A stretch of 64,000 bases of DNA. It comes from Candidatus Lambdaproteobacteria bacterium RIFOXYD2_FULL_56_26 (lineage in GTDB: Bacteria; SAR324; XYD2-FULL-50-16). The stretch's first letter is position 1, and every line of letters begins with the position of its first letter. The stretch lies in the NCBI GenBank assembly GCA_001783715.1, contig MFNF01000027.1, positions 3,290 to 67,289 of the forward strand, in the 5' to 3' direction. Below are positions 26,924-35,783 of this stretch, piece by piece. A program made the translations under genes and the position numbers. The notes beneath the pieces are model-generated. The model had not been told where the DNA came from. It saw only the letters and a program-made list of their open reading frames with translations, and did not search any database.

Positions 26924-27683
26924 GCTTTTGTGCCTGTTCCTGGGGCTCTTTCACGGGGTGAACGCCTTTGCCGCCTATGAAGAAATGGGGGTGGAGGACA
27001 ACAACGAGTTCGGGGGCCGGACCGTCTTGTTCCGCAAGGTGGAAGAGGGCATCTCTCGGGGCCGCAATTCCTACGATTCGGCGGGAAAGATCATGCGGGA
27101 GGAGCGGACCTTTTCGGACGACTGGGCAAACATCCACGGCACCAAATCGGTGACCAACGAATACCTGTTTGACATCAAGATCAAGGAAGAGCGGACTTTC
27201 TCGGCGACCTACGCCACCACCCGGCTGATCGCCAAAACCACTACCTTTTTTGAACAGGCCACCGGCACCAAGGTCCGGGTCCGCAACGATTTTGCCGAAG
27301 AGTACCTGGGCTACAACATCACCTACTACGACCTGGGGGTCAAACAGCGGATGGAGTGGTTCTACCCGAAAAACGAGTTGGGTTACGTCCAGGTCAACAC
27401 CTTTTACGACCCTTCGGGAAAGTTGATCCGCACCGAGAACCTGTACACCGAAAAATCCATCCGGTTTGACGGTTGCAGCAAAAGCGTTTTTTATTCGGAA
27501 GGGGAAAAGCGGCTCAAACGGGAGTGGTTTTTTACCGAAACCTATGCCAAAGCCAACAACGGAGCGGTGCGCAAGGTGACGGTTTATTTTGACAACCCCA
27601 ACTTCCCCATTGCCCCCAAGACCTATTACTTCAACGACCAAGACGAAACCGTGACCCCGGCCCAGCCCTTTGAGGAGGACTAG
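26904..27683 (+). CDS. Secreted hypothetical protein (259 aa) with an internal EERTFS... repeat.
   Basis: Signal peptide MTATPIRLLCLFLGLFHGVNAFA. 20-nt overlap with the upstream molybdopterin gene. Confidence 0.55.
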   Translation: MTATPIRLLCLFLGLFHGVNAFAAYEEMGVEDNNEFGGRTVLFRKVEEGISRGRNSYDSAGKIMREERTFSDDWANIHGTKSVTNEYLFDIKIKEERTFSATYATTRLIAKTTTFFEQATGTKVRVRNDFAEEYLGYNITYYDLGVKQRMEWFYPKNELGYVQVNTFYDPSGKLIRTENLYTEKSIRFDGCSKSVFYSEGEKRLKREWFFTETYAKANNGAVRKVTVYFDNPNFPIAPKTYYFNDQDETVTPAQPFEED

Positions 27684-29047
27684 GCGGTAGGCTTGGCCCG
27701 GTAAAAGAACCAAGTCCCCAGGCCCAAGGGCAGGAGCAGGGAGGCAAAACCCAGCCTTGTACCCAGGTGGGGGTCGGAGCCGCTCCACCCCAGGGAAACC
27801 ACCAAGCCCACCCCGCCGATCAAGGCCGGACCTAAGATCGTGGCGAATTTTCCCAGCATGTTGTAAAAGCCAAAAAACTCTCCGGCCTGTTCTTTGGGGA
27901 TCAATCCGGCAAAATAACTCCGGCTCAAGGCCTGCACCCCTCCTTGGACCACCCCGATCAACCCGGCCATCAAAAAGAATTCCCACCGCACCGAAAGCCC
28001 CACCGCCCAAAGGCAGACCCCGGCATAAACGGCTAAGCAAAGGTAGATCATCCGCCGGACCCCAAACCTTGCCCCACCTTTGGCAATGACCAAGGCCGAA
28101 GGAAAGCCGATCAACTGGACCATCAACAAGGCCAGGATCAGGTCCCCACTTTCAAAGCCCAAAGAAAGGCCGTAGTCCACCGCCATGACCACCAAGGTGT
28201 CCACCACATCAATGTACAGCCAATAGGCGACCAAAAAGGTCCAGGCGGTCCGGTAGCTTTTCAGTTCCTGGTAGGTTGCAGCCAGCTCGGCCCAGGTTTG
28301 GGTCCACAGGGCCTGGGAGGGGGGAACCTTCTTTTCGGGGACCCAAAAAAAACAAAGAAAGCTGCCCAAAGCCCAGGCGACCGAAGAGGTCAAAAAACTG
28401 GCCTGAACCCCCTGCTGGGCCCCTTCGAGGCCAAAAAAACCGGGGGCCTTGACCATGGCCAGATTGAGGGCAAAAACCAACCCGCCGCTCAGATACCCGA
28501 AGGCGTAACCTAGGCTGGAAACCCAGTCCCGCTGGTCCTCCGGGGCCAAGCTTGGCAGCAGGGCATCATAAAACAGGTTGGCCCCGTAAAACCCGAAAAT
28601 AGCCCCGCTGTAGGCCAAAACCGCCAGCGGCCAACCTCCGGCGGGGATCAGGGCCAAAAGACCGGTAAAACAAAACCCCAGGCTGGAGAAAGCCAAGAGG
28701 AACCAACGTTTGTTGCCCCCTTGGTCGCTCAAGGCCCCCAAAAACGGGGCGCACAATGCGACCACCAGGCTGGCCACCGAAACCGTTGCTCCCAGCCGAG
28801 CGGTGCTGAGTGCAGGGTCAACCCCTTGGCTCCAAAAGCTTTTAAAGAAAATAGGGAAAAACCCGGCCATCACGGTGGTCGTAAAAACCGAGTTGCCCAT
28901 GTCGTAGCTAACCCAACCCCAAAGGGCCTTGGGAGGGATTTTAGGGGAGGTTTCCATGAGCTTTTTTACCCCCTTTCCCTCGAATTGGCCAGTTGGTTTT
29001 GGGTACCAATTGATTCGTCCGAAGAATTCAGGTAGAGGTAAGGTCAC
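27680..29047 (-). CDS. MFS transporter (455 aa).
   Basis: About 12-14 TM helices with MFS-type hydrophobicity periodicity. Convergent with the gene at 26904..27683, overlapping its end by 4 nt. Confidence 0.75.
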   Translation of the reverse strand: MTLPLPEFFGRINWYPKPTGQFEGKGVKKLMETSPKIPPKALWGWVSYDMGNSVFTTTVMAGFFPIFFKSFWSQGVDPALSTARLGATVSVASLVVALCAPFLGALSDQGGNKRWFLLAFSSLGFCFTGLLALIPAGGWPLAVLAYSGAIFGFYGANLFYDALLPSLAPEDQRDWVSSLGYAFGYLSGGLVFALNLAMVKAPGFFGLEGAQQGVQASFLTSSVAWALGSFLCFFWVPEKKVPPSQALWTQTWAELAATYQELKSYRTAWTFLVAYWLYIDVVDTLVVMAVDYGLSLGFESGDLILALLMVQLIGFPSALVIAKGGARFGVRRMIYLCLAVYAGVCLWAVGLSVRWEFFLMAGLIGVVQGGVQALSRSYFAGLIPKEQAGEFFGFYNMLGKFATILGPALIGGVGLVVSLGWSGSDPHLGTRLGFASLLLPLGLGTWFFYRAKPTA

Positions 29048-29073
29048 AAAACCTCAAACCCTGTTGTAGCAAG

Positions 29074-29511
29074 ATGAAAAAAACCGAGTTGATCGTAGTG
29101 ATGAAGGCCGCTATCGCCATGGCGCAGAAGGACGGCAAGCTGGAAAAGCCGGAGGCGGAGTTGATCCAATCCCTGCTGGACATCGCCGACCTGACCCTGA
29201 CCGACATCGGCGGGCTGGATGTCCCCAGAGGCAAAGGGGACCCGGAAGAAGCGGTGGTCGCCTTGGAGTCGGTCAAGGCCAAGCGGGTTTACCTCTTGAC
29301 CCTCGCTTGTGTGGCTATGATCGATGGAGTTTTGGACCCGGCGGAAGCGGAGTTTTTTGCTGCCAAGGCCAAAAAACTGGGTGTAGGGACCATTGATGTG
29401 GGGAAAATGACCCTGGAGAAGGCGATAGCTACGCTGGAACGGGTGATTGCTGAGGGGAAATCCATGGGCGGGTCAACCGGACCGCAGCCCAGCGACATTG
29501 ATCTGATGTGA
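29074..29511 (+). CDS. TerB-like (tellurite-resistance TerB / DjlA N-terminal-like) domain protein.
   Basis: 145 aa. Acidic helical repeat with DGKLEKPEAELIQSL and a second ...DGVLDPAEAEFF... half, the TerB pattern. Confidence 0.6.
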   Translation: MKKTELIVVMKAAIAMAQKDGKLEKPEAELIQSLLDIADLTLTDIGGLDVPRGKGDPEEAVVALESVKAKRVYLLTLACVAMIDGVLDPAEAEFFAAKAKKLGVGTIDVGKMTLEKAIATLERVIAEGKSMGGSTGPQPSDIDLM

Positions 29512-29520
29512 GGTAACAAA

Positions 29521-30012
29521 GTGATGGACCCGGAGATGCAAAAAATCCTGGAAATCGGGGGACGTGCGGCGGCAGACATTGACAAGGCAATGCACACCCA
29601 TCCGATGGAGGACAAGGTCACCCACCAAGACGTGCTTTTGATGGTCCAAGCAGCTCTGCAAATGGCCCAGCGGGACGCAAAGTTGGAAGTTTCCGAGAAA
29701 AACCTGATCGCCAGGATGGTCAAGATAGGACGGGTCAACCCCCAGGAGCTTTCGGAGATCAAAGACATGTCCCATGAAGACATCGGCCTGATGATTGACC
29801 GACTGAGCGGTAAAAAAGCCCGCAAGGCCTTTTTGCTCACCCTGGTGGCGGTGGCCATGGCGGATGAGGAACTGGAGGCTTCGGAAAAACAGATGATCGA
29901 AAGCCTGACCGAAAAGCTGGGGGTTGGGCACATCGACCTTTCCAAACACAACTTTTTGGAAGTGGAAGACTTGGTGATGAAGTTTGTCGCCTCTGCGGCG
30001 GTTTCTCGGTAG
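29521..30012 (+). CDS. TerB-like domain protein (paralogue of the upstream gene).
   Basis: 163 aa. RDAKLEVSEKNLIARM... and ...ADEELEASEKQMIESL... halves. 9-bp spacing from the upstream paralogue. Confidence 0.6.
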   Translation: MMDPEMQKILEIGGRAAADIDKAMHTHPMEDKVTHQDVLLMVQAALQMAQRDAKLEVSEKNLIARMVKIGRVNPQELSEIKDMSHEDIGLMIDRLSGKKARKAFLLTLVAVAMADEELEASEKQMIESLTEKLGVGHIDLSKHNFLEVEDLVMKFVASAAVSR

Positions 30013-30028
30013 TAACCTTACAAGGGTG

Positions 30029-30062
30029 ACCAAAAGGGGGCTTGTGGCCCCCTTTTTTTTTG
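30029..30062. terminator. Bidirectional rho-independent terminator between the TerB gene (+) and acs (-).
   Basis: AAAAGGGGGCttgtGGCCCCCTTTTTTTTT: a GC stem of 6-7 bp, a 4-nt loop, an A-tract upstream and a T9 tract downstream. Confidence 0.75.
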
Positions 30063-30082
30063 CCCAAAGGGCAGGTTAAGGG

Positions 30083-31972
30083 TTATTCCTCCAAGGTGGA
30101 GAGGTCTCCTTCGTCTTGCCCCAAGGCCCGGGCCTTCAAAACCCGGCGCATGATCTTGCCGCTCCGAGTCTTGGGCAAGCTGTCCACAAACACGATTCCA
30201 TCGGGCCGGGCGATTTTCCCCAAATGGTCGGCCACTTGGTTTTTGAGGCTTTCGGCCAAGTCTTCCGAAGGGGACTGGTTGGCCCGAAGGATTACATAAC
30301 AATGGATGGCATTGCCCTTGAGTTCGTGGGGCAGGGCAATGGCCGCCGCCTCGCTGACCGCCGGGTGCCCCACCAAGGCGGACTCGATCTCTGCGGTCCC
30401 CAGGCGGTAGCCAGAAACCTTGATCACATCGTCAATCCGACCGATGATCCAAAAATAACCGTCCTCGTCCCGTTTGGCCGAGTCGCCCACCGTGTACCAG
30501 CCCTGGGCGGCATACCGGGACCAGTAGGTCTCCTGGTACCGGTCCGGGTCCTTGTACACCGTGCGGGCCATGCCGGGCCAGGGGTTTTTGATCACCAAGC
30601 TGCCCTCTTCGCCGGGCCCCACTTCCTTGCCGTGGTCGTCCACCACTGCACATTCGTTGCCGAAGAAGGGCTTGGTGGCACTGCCCGGCTTGAGCGGGGT
30701 GATTGGCAAGGGGGTGATCATAAAGCCGCCGGTTTCGGTTTGCCACCAAGTGTCCATGATTGGGCAACGTCCGCCGCCGATGACCCGGTGGTACCAGCGC
30801 CAAGCTTCCGGGTTGATTGGCTCTCCGACCGAGCCCAAGAGCCGTAGGGAGGAAAGGTCGTGCTTGGCCGGCCAGGATTCCCCGAAACGCATCAGCCCCC
30901 GCACCGCGGTGGGGCTGGTGTACAGAATGTTGATCCCGTACTTTTCGATCATCGACCACCAGCGGTTGGGGTAGGGGTGGTTGGGGGCCCCTTCATAGAG
31001 GATCAAGGTGGTGCCGTTGATCAGGGGGCCATAAACGATGTAGCTGTGCCCAGTGATCCAGCCCGGGTCGGCGGCGCACCAGTAGCGGTCTTCGGGCTTG
31101 ATGTCAAAGACCATCTTGTGGGTGGTGCTGGCATAAACCTGATAACCCCCATGGGTGTGGACCAGCCCTTTGGGCTTGCCAGTGGAGCCGGAGGTGTAGA
31201 GCAGAAAAAGCATGTCCTCGGCATCCATCGGCTCGGTCTCACATTTGGGCGAGGCGACCGGAAGCTTGTAGAGGTCGTGGTACCAGTAGTCCCGGTCGTT
31301 TTCCATGTAAACCGGTTGGCCGGTCCGTTGCACACAGATGCAGACTTCGACGGTAGGGCAGTGTTTAAGCGCCTCGTTGGCAATGGACTTGAGGTCCACC
31401 GGTTTGCCCCGGCGGTAGCCCCCGTCGGCGGTGATCACCACCCTGGACTGGGCATCGTTGATCCGGTCTCGCAGGGCATCGGCGGAAAACCCGCCGTACA
31501 CCACCGAATGGGCCGCCCCGATCTTGGCGCAGGCCAGCATGCCAAAGACCAGCTCGGGCAGCTGGGGCATGTACAGGGTGACGATCTCACCCTTTTTTAC
31601 CCCCATGGCCTTGAGGATATTGGCAAACCTGCTGACCTCCCGGTTCAGGGCGTGGTAGCTGTAGCTGTGTACGTCCCCCGGCTCCCCTTCCCAGATGATC
31701 GCCAGTTTGTTCCGGTTGCGGGTGACCAAGTGCCGGTCGATGGCGTTTTGGACGATGTTGGTCTTGGCTCCGGTAAACCACTTAAAAAAGGGTTTGTTCG
31801 AGTCATCCAACACCCGGTCCCACTTTTTGTACCAGTCCAAGGCCTCCGCCTGTTCGGCCCAGAATCCTTCCCGGTCAGTGATGGAACGTTGGTATAGGGC
31901 ATCGTATTCCTTGACCGTGGCGTACTCGACCACTGAGGGGTCGGGGTGGTAAAATTTGGGTTCTTCAGCCAT
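30083..31972 (-). CDS. acs: Acetyl-CoA synthetase (acetate--CoA ligase).
   Basis: Full-length AMP-forming Acs signature (YTSGSTGKPKG, GEPINPEAWRW, C-terminal SGKIMRR). The start is set at Met MAEEPKFYHP (31972), which has a ggagag Shine-Dalgarno. The track ORF extends to 32053. Confidence 0.9.
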   Translation of the reverse strand: MAEEPKFYHPDPSVVEYATVKEYDALYQRSITDREGFWAEQAEALDWYKKWDRVLDDSNKPFFKWFTGAKTNIVQNAIDRHLVTRNRNKLAIIWEGEPGDVHSYSYHALNREVSRFANILKAMGVKKGEIVTLYMPQLPELVFGMLACAKIGAAHSVVYGGFSADALRDRINDAQSRVVITADGGYRRGKPVDLKSIANEALKHCPTVEVCICVQRTGQPVYMENDRDYWYHDLYKLPVASPKCETEPMDAEDMLFLLYTSGSTGKPKGLVHTHGGYQVYASTTHKMVFDIKPEDRYWCAADPGWITGHSYIVYGPLINGTTLILYEGAPNHPYPNRWWSMIEKYGINILYTSPTAVRGLMRFGESWPAKHDLSSLRLLGSVGEPINPEAWRWYHRVIGGGRCPIMDTWWQTETGGFMITPLPITPLKPGSATKPFFGNECAVVDDHGKEVGPGEEGSLVIKNPWPGMARTVYKDPDRYQETYWSRYAAQGWYTVGDSAKRDEDGYFWIIGRIDDVIKVSGYRLGTAEIESALVGHPAVSEAAAIALPHELKGNAIHCYVILRANQSPSEDLAESLKNQVADHLGKIARPDGIVFVDSLPKTRSGKIMRRVLKARALGQDEGDLSTLEE

Positions 31973-32299
31973 GTTGCTCTCCAGTTGGGTAAATCCAGGG
32001 TTGGCCGGGAGGGTAAGGTCTTTGGGTGCCGAAAGTTCGACTGAGTTACCCATAACACGACCTGCCGTTGGAGAGCAACACTGGGGATGGGGGCAAAGGG
32101 ACTTTGTGGGAGGGGGGAGCCAAAAAGACGGGCAACCTGAAGGCCGGTCCGGGGCCGCAAGAGAAGGCGGGTGGGGGAGGGCTTCGGGAGCGGGGGCAGG
32201 GAAACAAAAAGTTCTTGCAGGTCAGATAGTTTATATATATAGATACACAAATACTTTCTAGCAACCCCGGTCCCCGCACCCTTACCCCCCCAGGTCCCG

Positions 32300-33190
32300 A
32301 TGAAAGCCAAGCTGTCCCTGCTCTTTTCCCTTTCCTTGTTTTTGGTCACCGGTCCCGTGTTTGCGGCGGAAGCGAAGTACAAGCCCTTTGTGCTCGCTTC
32401 GGTCTCCCAGGAATCGCTGGAAGCCACCCAGGCCAAGGTAAAGTCGGCCTTGGCGGTGGCGGGGTTTGAACTGGTCGGGGAAGCCGCCCCTTATCCGGGG
32501 GTGACCTTGGAGGTCTTCTCCAACCAGGGGCTCAAGGAGCTGGCCGCCAAATCGAACATGGGTGCTTTTGGGGCGATGGTTCGGGTGGCGTTGGCCCAGA
32601 CCAGCGAAGGGTTGCAGGTCTCCTACACCAACCCGGTTTACTGGGGCCATGCCTACCAGATGACCGGCGATTTTGGACCGGTGGCGGCCAAGCTGGAGGC
32701 GGCGCTGGGCAAGGTCAAGGAGTTTGGGCCGGAACAAGGGCTCACCGCCGAGGACCTGCGGGGATACCATTACAAGATGATGATGCCTTATTTTAAGGAC
32801 CTGGACCTGCTGGCCGACTACCCCAGTCAGGAAGAAGCCCTGGCGGCGGTGGAAGCCGGGCTGGCCAAAAAGGCCGGTGGGGTGTCCAAAGTGTACCGGA
32901 TCGACCTGCCCGGCAAGGCGGAGTCCGTCTTTGGAGTGTTGATGACCCAAAAGTTGAGCAGCGATGCAGCGATCATGAAGGAAATCGACTTTAAGCCGAC
33001 CAAAAGTGCCGCCCACCTGCCCTATGAACTGGTGGTTTCGGGCGGCAAGGTTTACGCCCTGTCGGCCAAGTTCCGTATTGCCATCAGTTTCCCCGACCTT
33101 TCTATGATGGGAGCCAACAGCTTCATGAAGATCATGGATGCCCCCGACGACATCAACGGGGCACTCAAGGCGGTGGCCGGGGGGCATTAA
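32300..33190 (+). CDS. Secreted hypothetical protein (296 aa).
   Basis: Signal peptide MKAKLSLLFSLSLFLVTGPVFA. No recognisable domain. Preceded by an AT-rich promoter patch. Confidence 0.55.
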   Translation: MKAKLSLLFSLSLFLVTGPVFAAEAKYKPFVLASVSQESLEATQAKVKSALAVAGFELVGEAAPYPGVTLEVFSNQGLKELAAKSNMGAFGAMVRVALAQTSEGLQVSYTNPVYWGHAYQMTGDFGPVAAKLEAALGKVKEFGPEQGLTAEDLRGYHYKMMMPYFKDLDLLADYPSQEEALAAVEAGLAKKAGGVSKVYRIDLPGKAESVFGVLMTQKLSSDAAIMKEIDFKPTKSAAHLPYELVVSGGKVYALSAKFRIAISFPDLSMMGANSFMKIMDAPDDINGALKAVAGGH

Positions 33191-33332
33191 AAAATCTTCC
33201 GCCCAAGGGGCCGGTGGCTCCCTGGGCGCTTTAGCTTTATTCCCAAAAAATCCCCAGCTCGCAGGTTGACAAGGGGCTGATCGGTTGGTCAGCCAAAAGG
33301 ACCTTGGAAACCGCACCCATTTTGGACCTGTG

Positions 33333-33764
33333 ATGAAAGCTTTGGTTTTGGGGCTGTTGGCCCTGCTGCTTGCCCTGCCCGCTTTGGCGGGTGCGCCGGA
33401 ATTGATGAAGGAACGGATGAAGGGCTTTGAAGCCGCCTACCTGGAATTCCAGACCAGCCTGATGCGCCACGACTTTACCGGGATGCAAGGGGCAATGGCC
33501 AAGCTCAATAACCAGGGCACCCTGCCCGGACCGGTCCGGGCGGCCATTCGGGCCAGTTTTGACGACCGGGATTTTGGTAATTACCTGCGGCTGGACGAGT
33601 ACACAAGGCTGATGGCTGATGAGGTGACCCAGGCCGCCCAAACCAGGGATGCCCAAAAGGTGCTGATTGCTCAGGGCCGGTTGGTGATGGGTTGTGTCCA
33701 GTGCCATGACGGATTTAAGGCTCGGGCTACCCAAGCGATGGAACGAGCGGCCCAGGCGGAGTAG
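33333..33764 (+). CDS. Cytochrome c' (class II c-type cytochrome, four-helix bundle) with a C-terminal CxxCH.
   Basis: Signal peptide MKALVLGLLALLLALPALAG. About 125-aa mature protein with CVQCH 20 residues from the C-terminus, the typical cytochrome c' arrangement. Confidence 0.6.
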   Translation: MKALVLGLLALLLALPALAGAPELMKERMKGFEAAYLEFQTSLMRHDFTGMQGAMAKLNNQGTLPGPVRAAIRASFDDRDFGNYLRLDEYTRLMADEVTQAAQTRDAQKVLIAQGRLVMGCVQCHDGFKARATQAMERAAQAE

Positions 33765-33778
33765 CGGCGGTTACAAAA

Positions 33779-33802
33779 GTGAATATTTAATATATTATTC
33801 AC
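33779..33802. promoter_or_regulatory. AT-rich inverted repeat GTGAATA-N10-TATTCAC; candidate operator upstream of the second cytochrome c' gene.
   Basis: gtgaatatttaatatattattcac: perfect 7-bp arms in a 24-bp element that is 100% AT between the arms, inside an otherwise GC-rich genome, about 75 bp upstream of the ATG at 33877. Confidence 0.35.
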
Positions 33803-33876
33803 TTGTCACGATATGGTGGTCAAGGTAGAGTGAGAGTACTTTTGGAACTCTTTTCACCCTGAACTTTGGTAGCCCG

Positions 33877-34299
33877 ATGAAACCTCTCCTCCTTTTCTTT
33901 TTGCTGCTCCCGATTTTAGCCGTCCCGACCGTCCAAGGGGCCAACCTGGAGTTGTCCCAGATGATGACCGGGTTGGGGGCCAATACCTACTCTCTGGGGG
34001 AGGCTCTGGAAGCGGGGGACCTGAGCCGGGCTCAGGTGATGGCCGAGCGGATCGTCAATCACCCTCAAGCCGGTCCGGCAGTCCTCAAGGTGGTGAAAGC
34101 CACCTTGGGCAAGGAAATGGGGAGCTTCAAGGGCTTTGATGACCGGACCCACCTTGCCGGGGAAGCTCTGATCGAAGCCGCCAAAAAAGGGGATCTGCCC
34201 TCTGCCCAAGCGGCCTTTGGCAACCTCGCCGCCGGTTGTGCCGGTTGCCACCAAGCCTTCCGGGCCAAGGTTGCCGCTGCTTTGGCCGAGGCTCCATGA
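33877..34299 (+). CDS. Cytochrome c' paralogue (C-terminal CAGCH).
   Basis: Signal peptide MKPLLLFFLLLPILAVPTVQG. 140 aa with CAGCH near the C-terminus and similar helical layout to the upstream paralogue. Confidence 0.6.
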   Translation: MKPLLLFFLLLPILAVPTVQGANLELSQMMTGLGANTYSLGEALEAGDLSRAQVMAERIVNHPQAGPAVLKVVKATLGKEMGSFKGFDDRTHLAGEALIEAAKKGDLPSAQAAFGNLAAGCAGCHQAFRAKVAAALAEAP

Positions 34300-34355
34300 G
34301 GGCCGAGCTGTGCCCGTTCGCTCCGGTTTTTCCCACCCTCTTTTTTTAAGAAACT

Positions 34356-34907
34356 GTGATGACGGTCAAAGAGTATTTTTCCAAAATGAAAGGTCGGACC
34401 GTCAGCCCTCCGACCGTCTCTCGGATGGAAACCCTCTGGTCCTGGTTGGGTAGCTTTTTGGGGATATTGGCGGTGGCGGTGGCCCATTGGTCTTGGGCGC
34501 TGACCACCCCAGACATGGTTATGCTGATCGGCAGCTTTGGGGCGACGGCGGTGTTGTTGTACGGAGCCCCGGCCAGCCCTTTGGCCCAGCCGCGCAACCT
34601 TTTGGGCGGCCACTTTTTGTCGGCCCTGGTGGGGGTGACCTCGCTCAAGCTGCTGGCCCCCTATCCCGAGTTGGCTTCGGCGCTGGCGGTCTCCCTGGCG
34701 ATTGTGGTGATGCACCTGACCAAAACCCTGCACCCTCCGGGCGGGGCCACAGCGTTGATTGCGGTGACTGGGTCCCAAAGGATCCATGACCTGGGGTATT
34801 TTTACGCCTTCATCCCGGCTCTTTCGGGGGCGCTGTTGATGTTGGTGGTGGCGTTGTTGGTCAACAACTTGGCTCCGGCCCGAAGGTACCCGGATTTTTG
34901 GTGGTAG
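34356..34907 (+). CDS. HPP-family integral membrane protein.
   Basis: LHPPGGATALIAV signature, four TM helices, 183 aa. Confidence 0.7.
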   Translation: MMTVKEYFSKMKGRTVSPPTVSRMETLWSWLGSFLGILAVAVAHWSWALTTPDMVMLIGSFGATAVLLYGAPASPLAQPRNLLGGHFLSALVGVTSLKLLAPYPELASALAVSLAIVVMHLTKTLHPPGGATALIAVTGSQRIHDLGYFYAFIPALSGALLMLVVALLVNNLAPARRYPDFWW

Positions 34908-34966
34908 GTACCGGGGCCAAGGCAGGCCCCGTCTGAGGTGTGCGGGAGAGCTGCTTCGCCCGAAGG

Positions 34967-35590
34967 CTAGGCCATGCCCCGGTCCAAGGCGTAGCGGATC
35001 AGCCCGGCTAGGTTGTCGATGTTCAACTTGAGCATGATCTTGGCCCGGTGGGACTCGACGGTCCGGTGGCTGAGGTTGAGTTCAGTAGCGATTTCCTTGC
35101 TGGTCTTGCCTTGCGCAATCAGCTGCAAAACCTCCTTTTCCCGGTCCGACAAAGGCTGCGGTTCCAGGGACGGGCGGGTGAGCTTCTGGCTCAACTTGAA
35201 GGCCACGTACTTCTTGCCGGACATCACCTGATCAATCGCCACCAGCAACTCTTCCACGGCGGTGTCCTTGATCAGGTACCCATCGGCATCTTCCTTGAAC
35301 ATGTTTTTTTGGTAAAGCTCCCCTTGGTACATGCTGAGGGCGATAACCTTGATGGAGGGGTGCTCCTTTTTGAGCCAACGGACCAGTTCAAATCCGTCCA
35401 CCCGGGGCATGTCGATGTCGGTCAGCACCAGATCGGGGAGGAGCCCTCCGATCATCTCAATGGCCTGCTGCCCGTCTTGGGCGGTGAAAACCTGATCCGG
35501 GCCAAAGGCATCGCCCAGCAGTTTCTTGATCCCATGCCGGAACAGGGCGTGGTCATCGACCACCAAAATTTTAAAGTCTTTTTTTTCCAT
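34967..35590 (-). CDS. NarL/FixJ (LuxR-type) family two-component response regulator.
   Basis: Receiver domain (ILVVDDH...DLVLTDIDMP) plus a C-terminal LuxR HTH (LSDREKEVLQLIAQGKTSKEIATELNLSHRTVESHR). Confidence 0.85.
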   Translation of the reverse strand: MEKKDFKILVVDDHALFRHGIKKLLGDAFGPDQVFTAQDGQQAIEMIGGLLPDLVLTDIDMPRVDGFELVRWLKKEHPSIKVIALSMYQGELYQKNMFKEDADGYLIKDTAVEELLVAIDQVMSGKKYVAFKLSQKLTRPSLEPQPLSDREKEVLQLIAQGKTSKEIATELNLSHRTVESHRAKIMLKLNIDNLAGLIRYALDRGMA

Positions 35591-35783
35591 CGCTCCAGCC
35601 GGTAATCAGCCCCTCCATGCACACCCTACAGGGGTTTTGGAGCGAATAGCAAGGGTAAAGTCCGCCCAGACTAAGGGGGATGCCTAGGGATCAACCAGGG
35701 TTTGTCAGGGGGCAAACAGCAGCCCTCTCTCTCCAGCTACCCTATGGAGCCTGCCGGACGGGGCCAAAGAGGGATTCCGTCCT

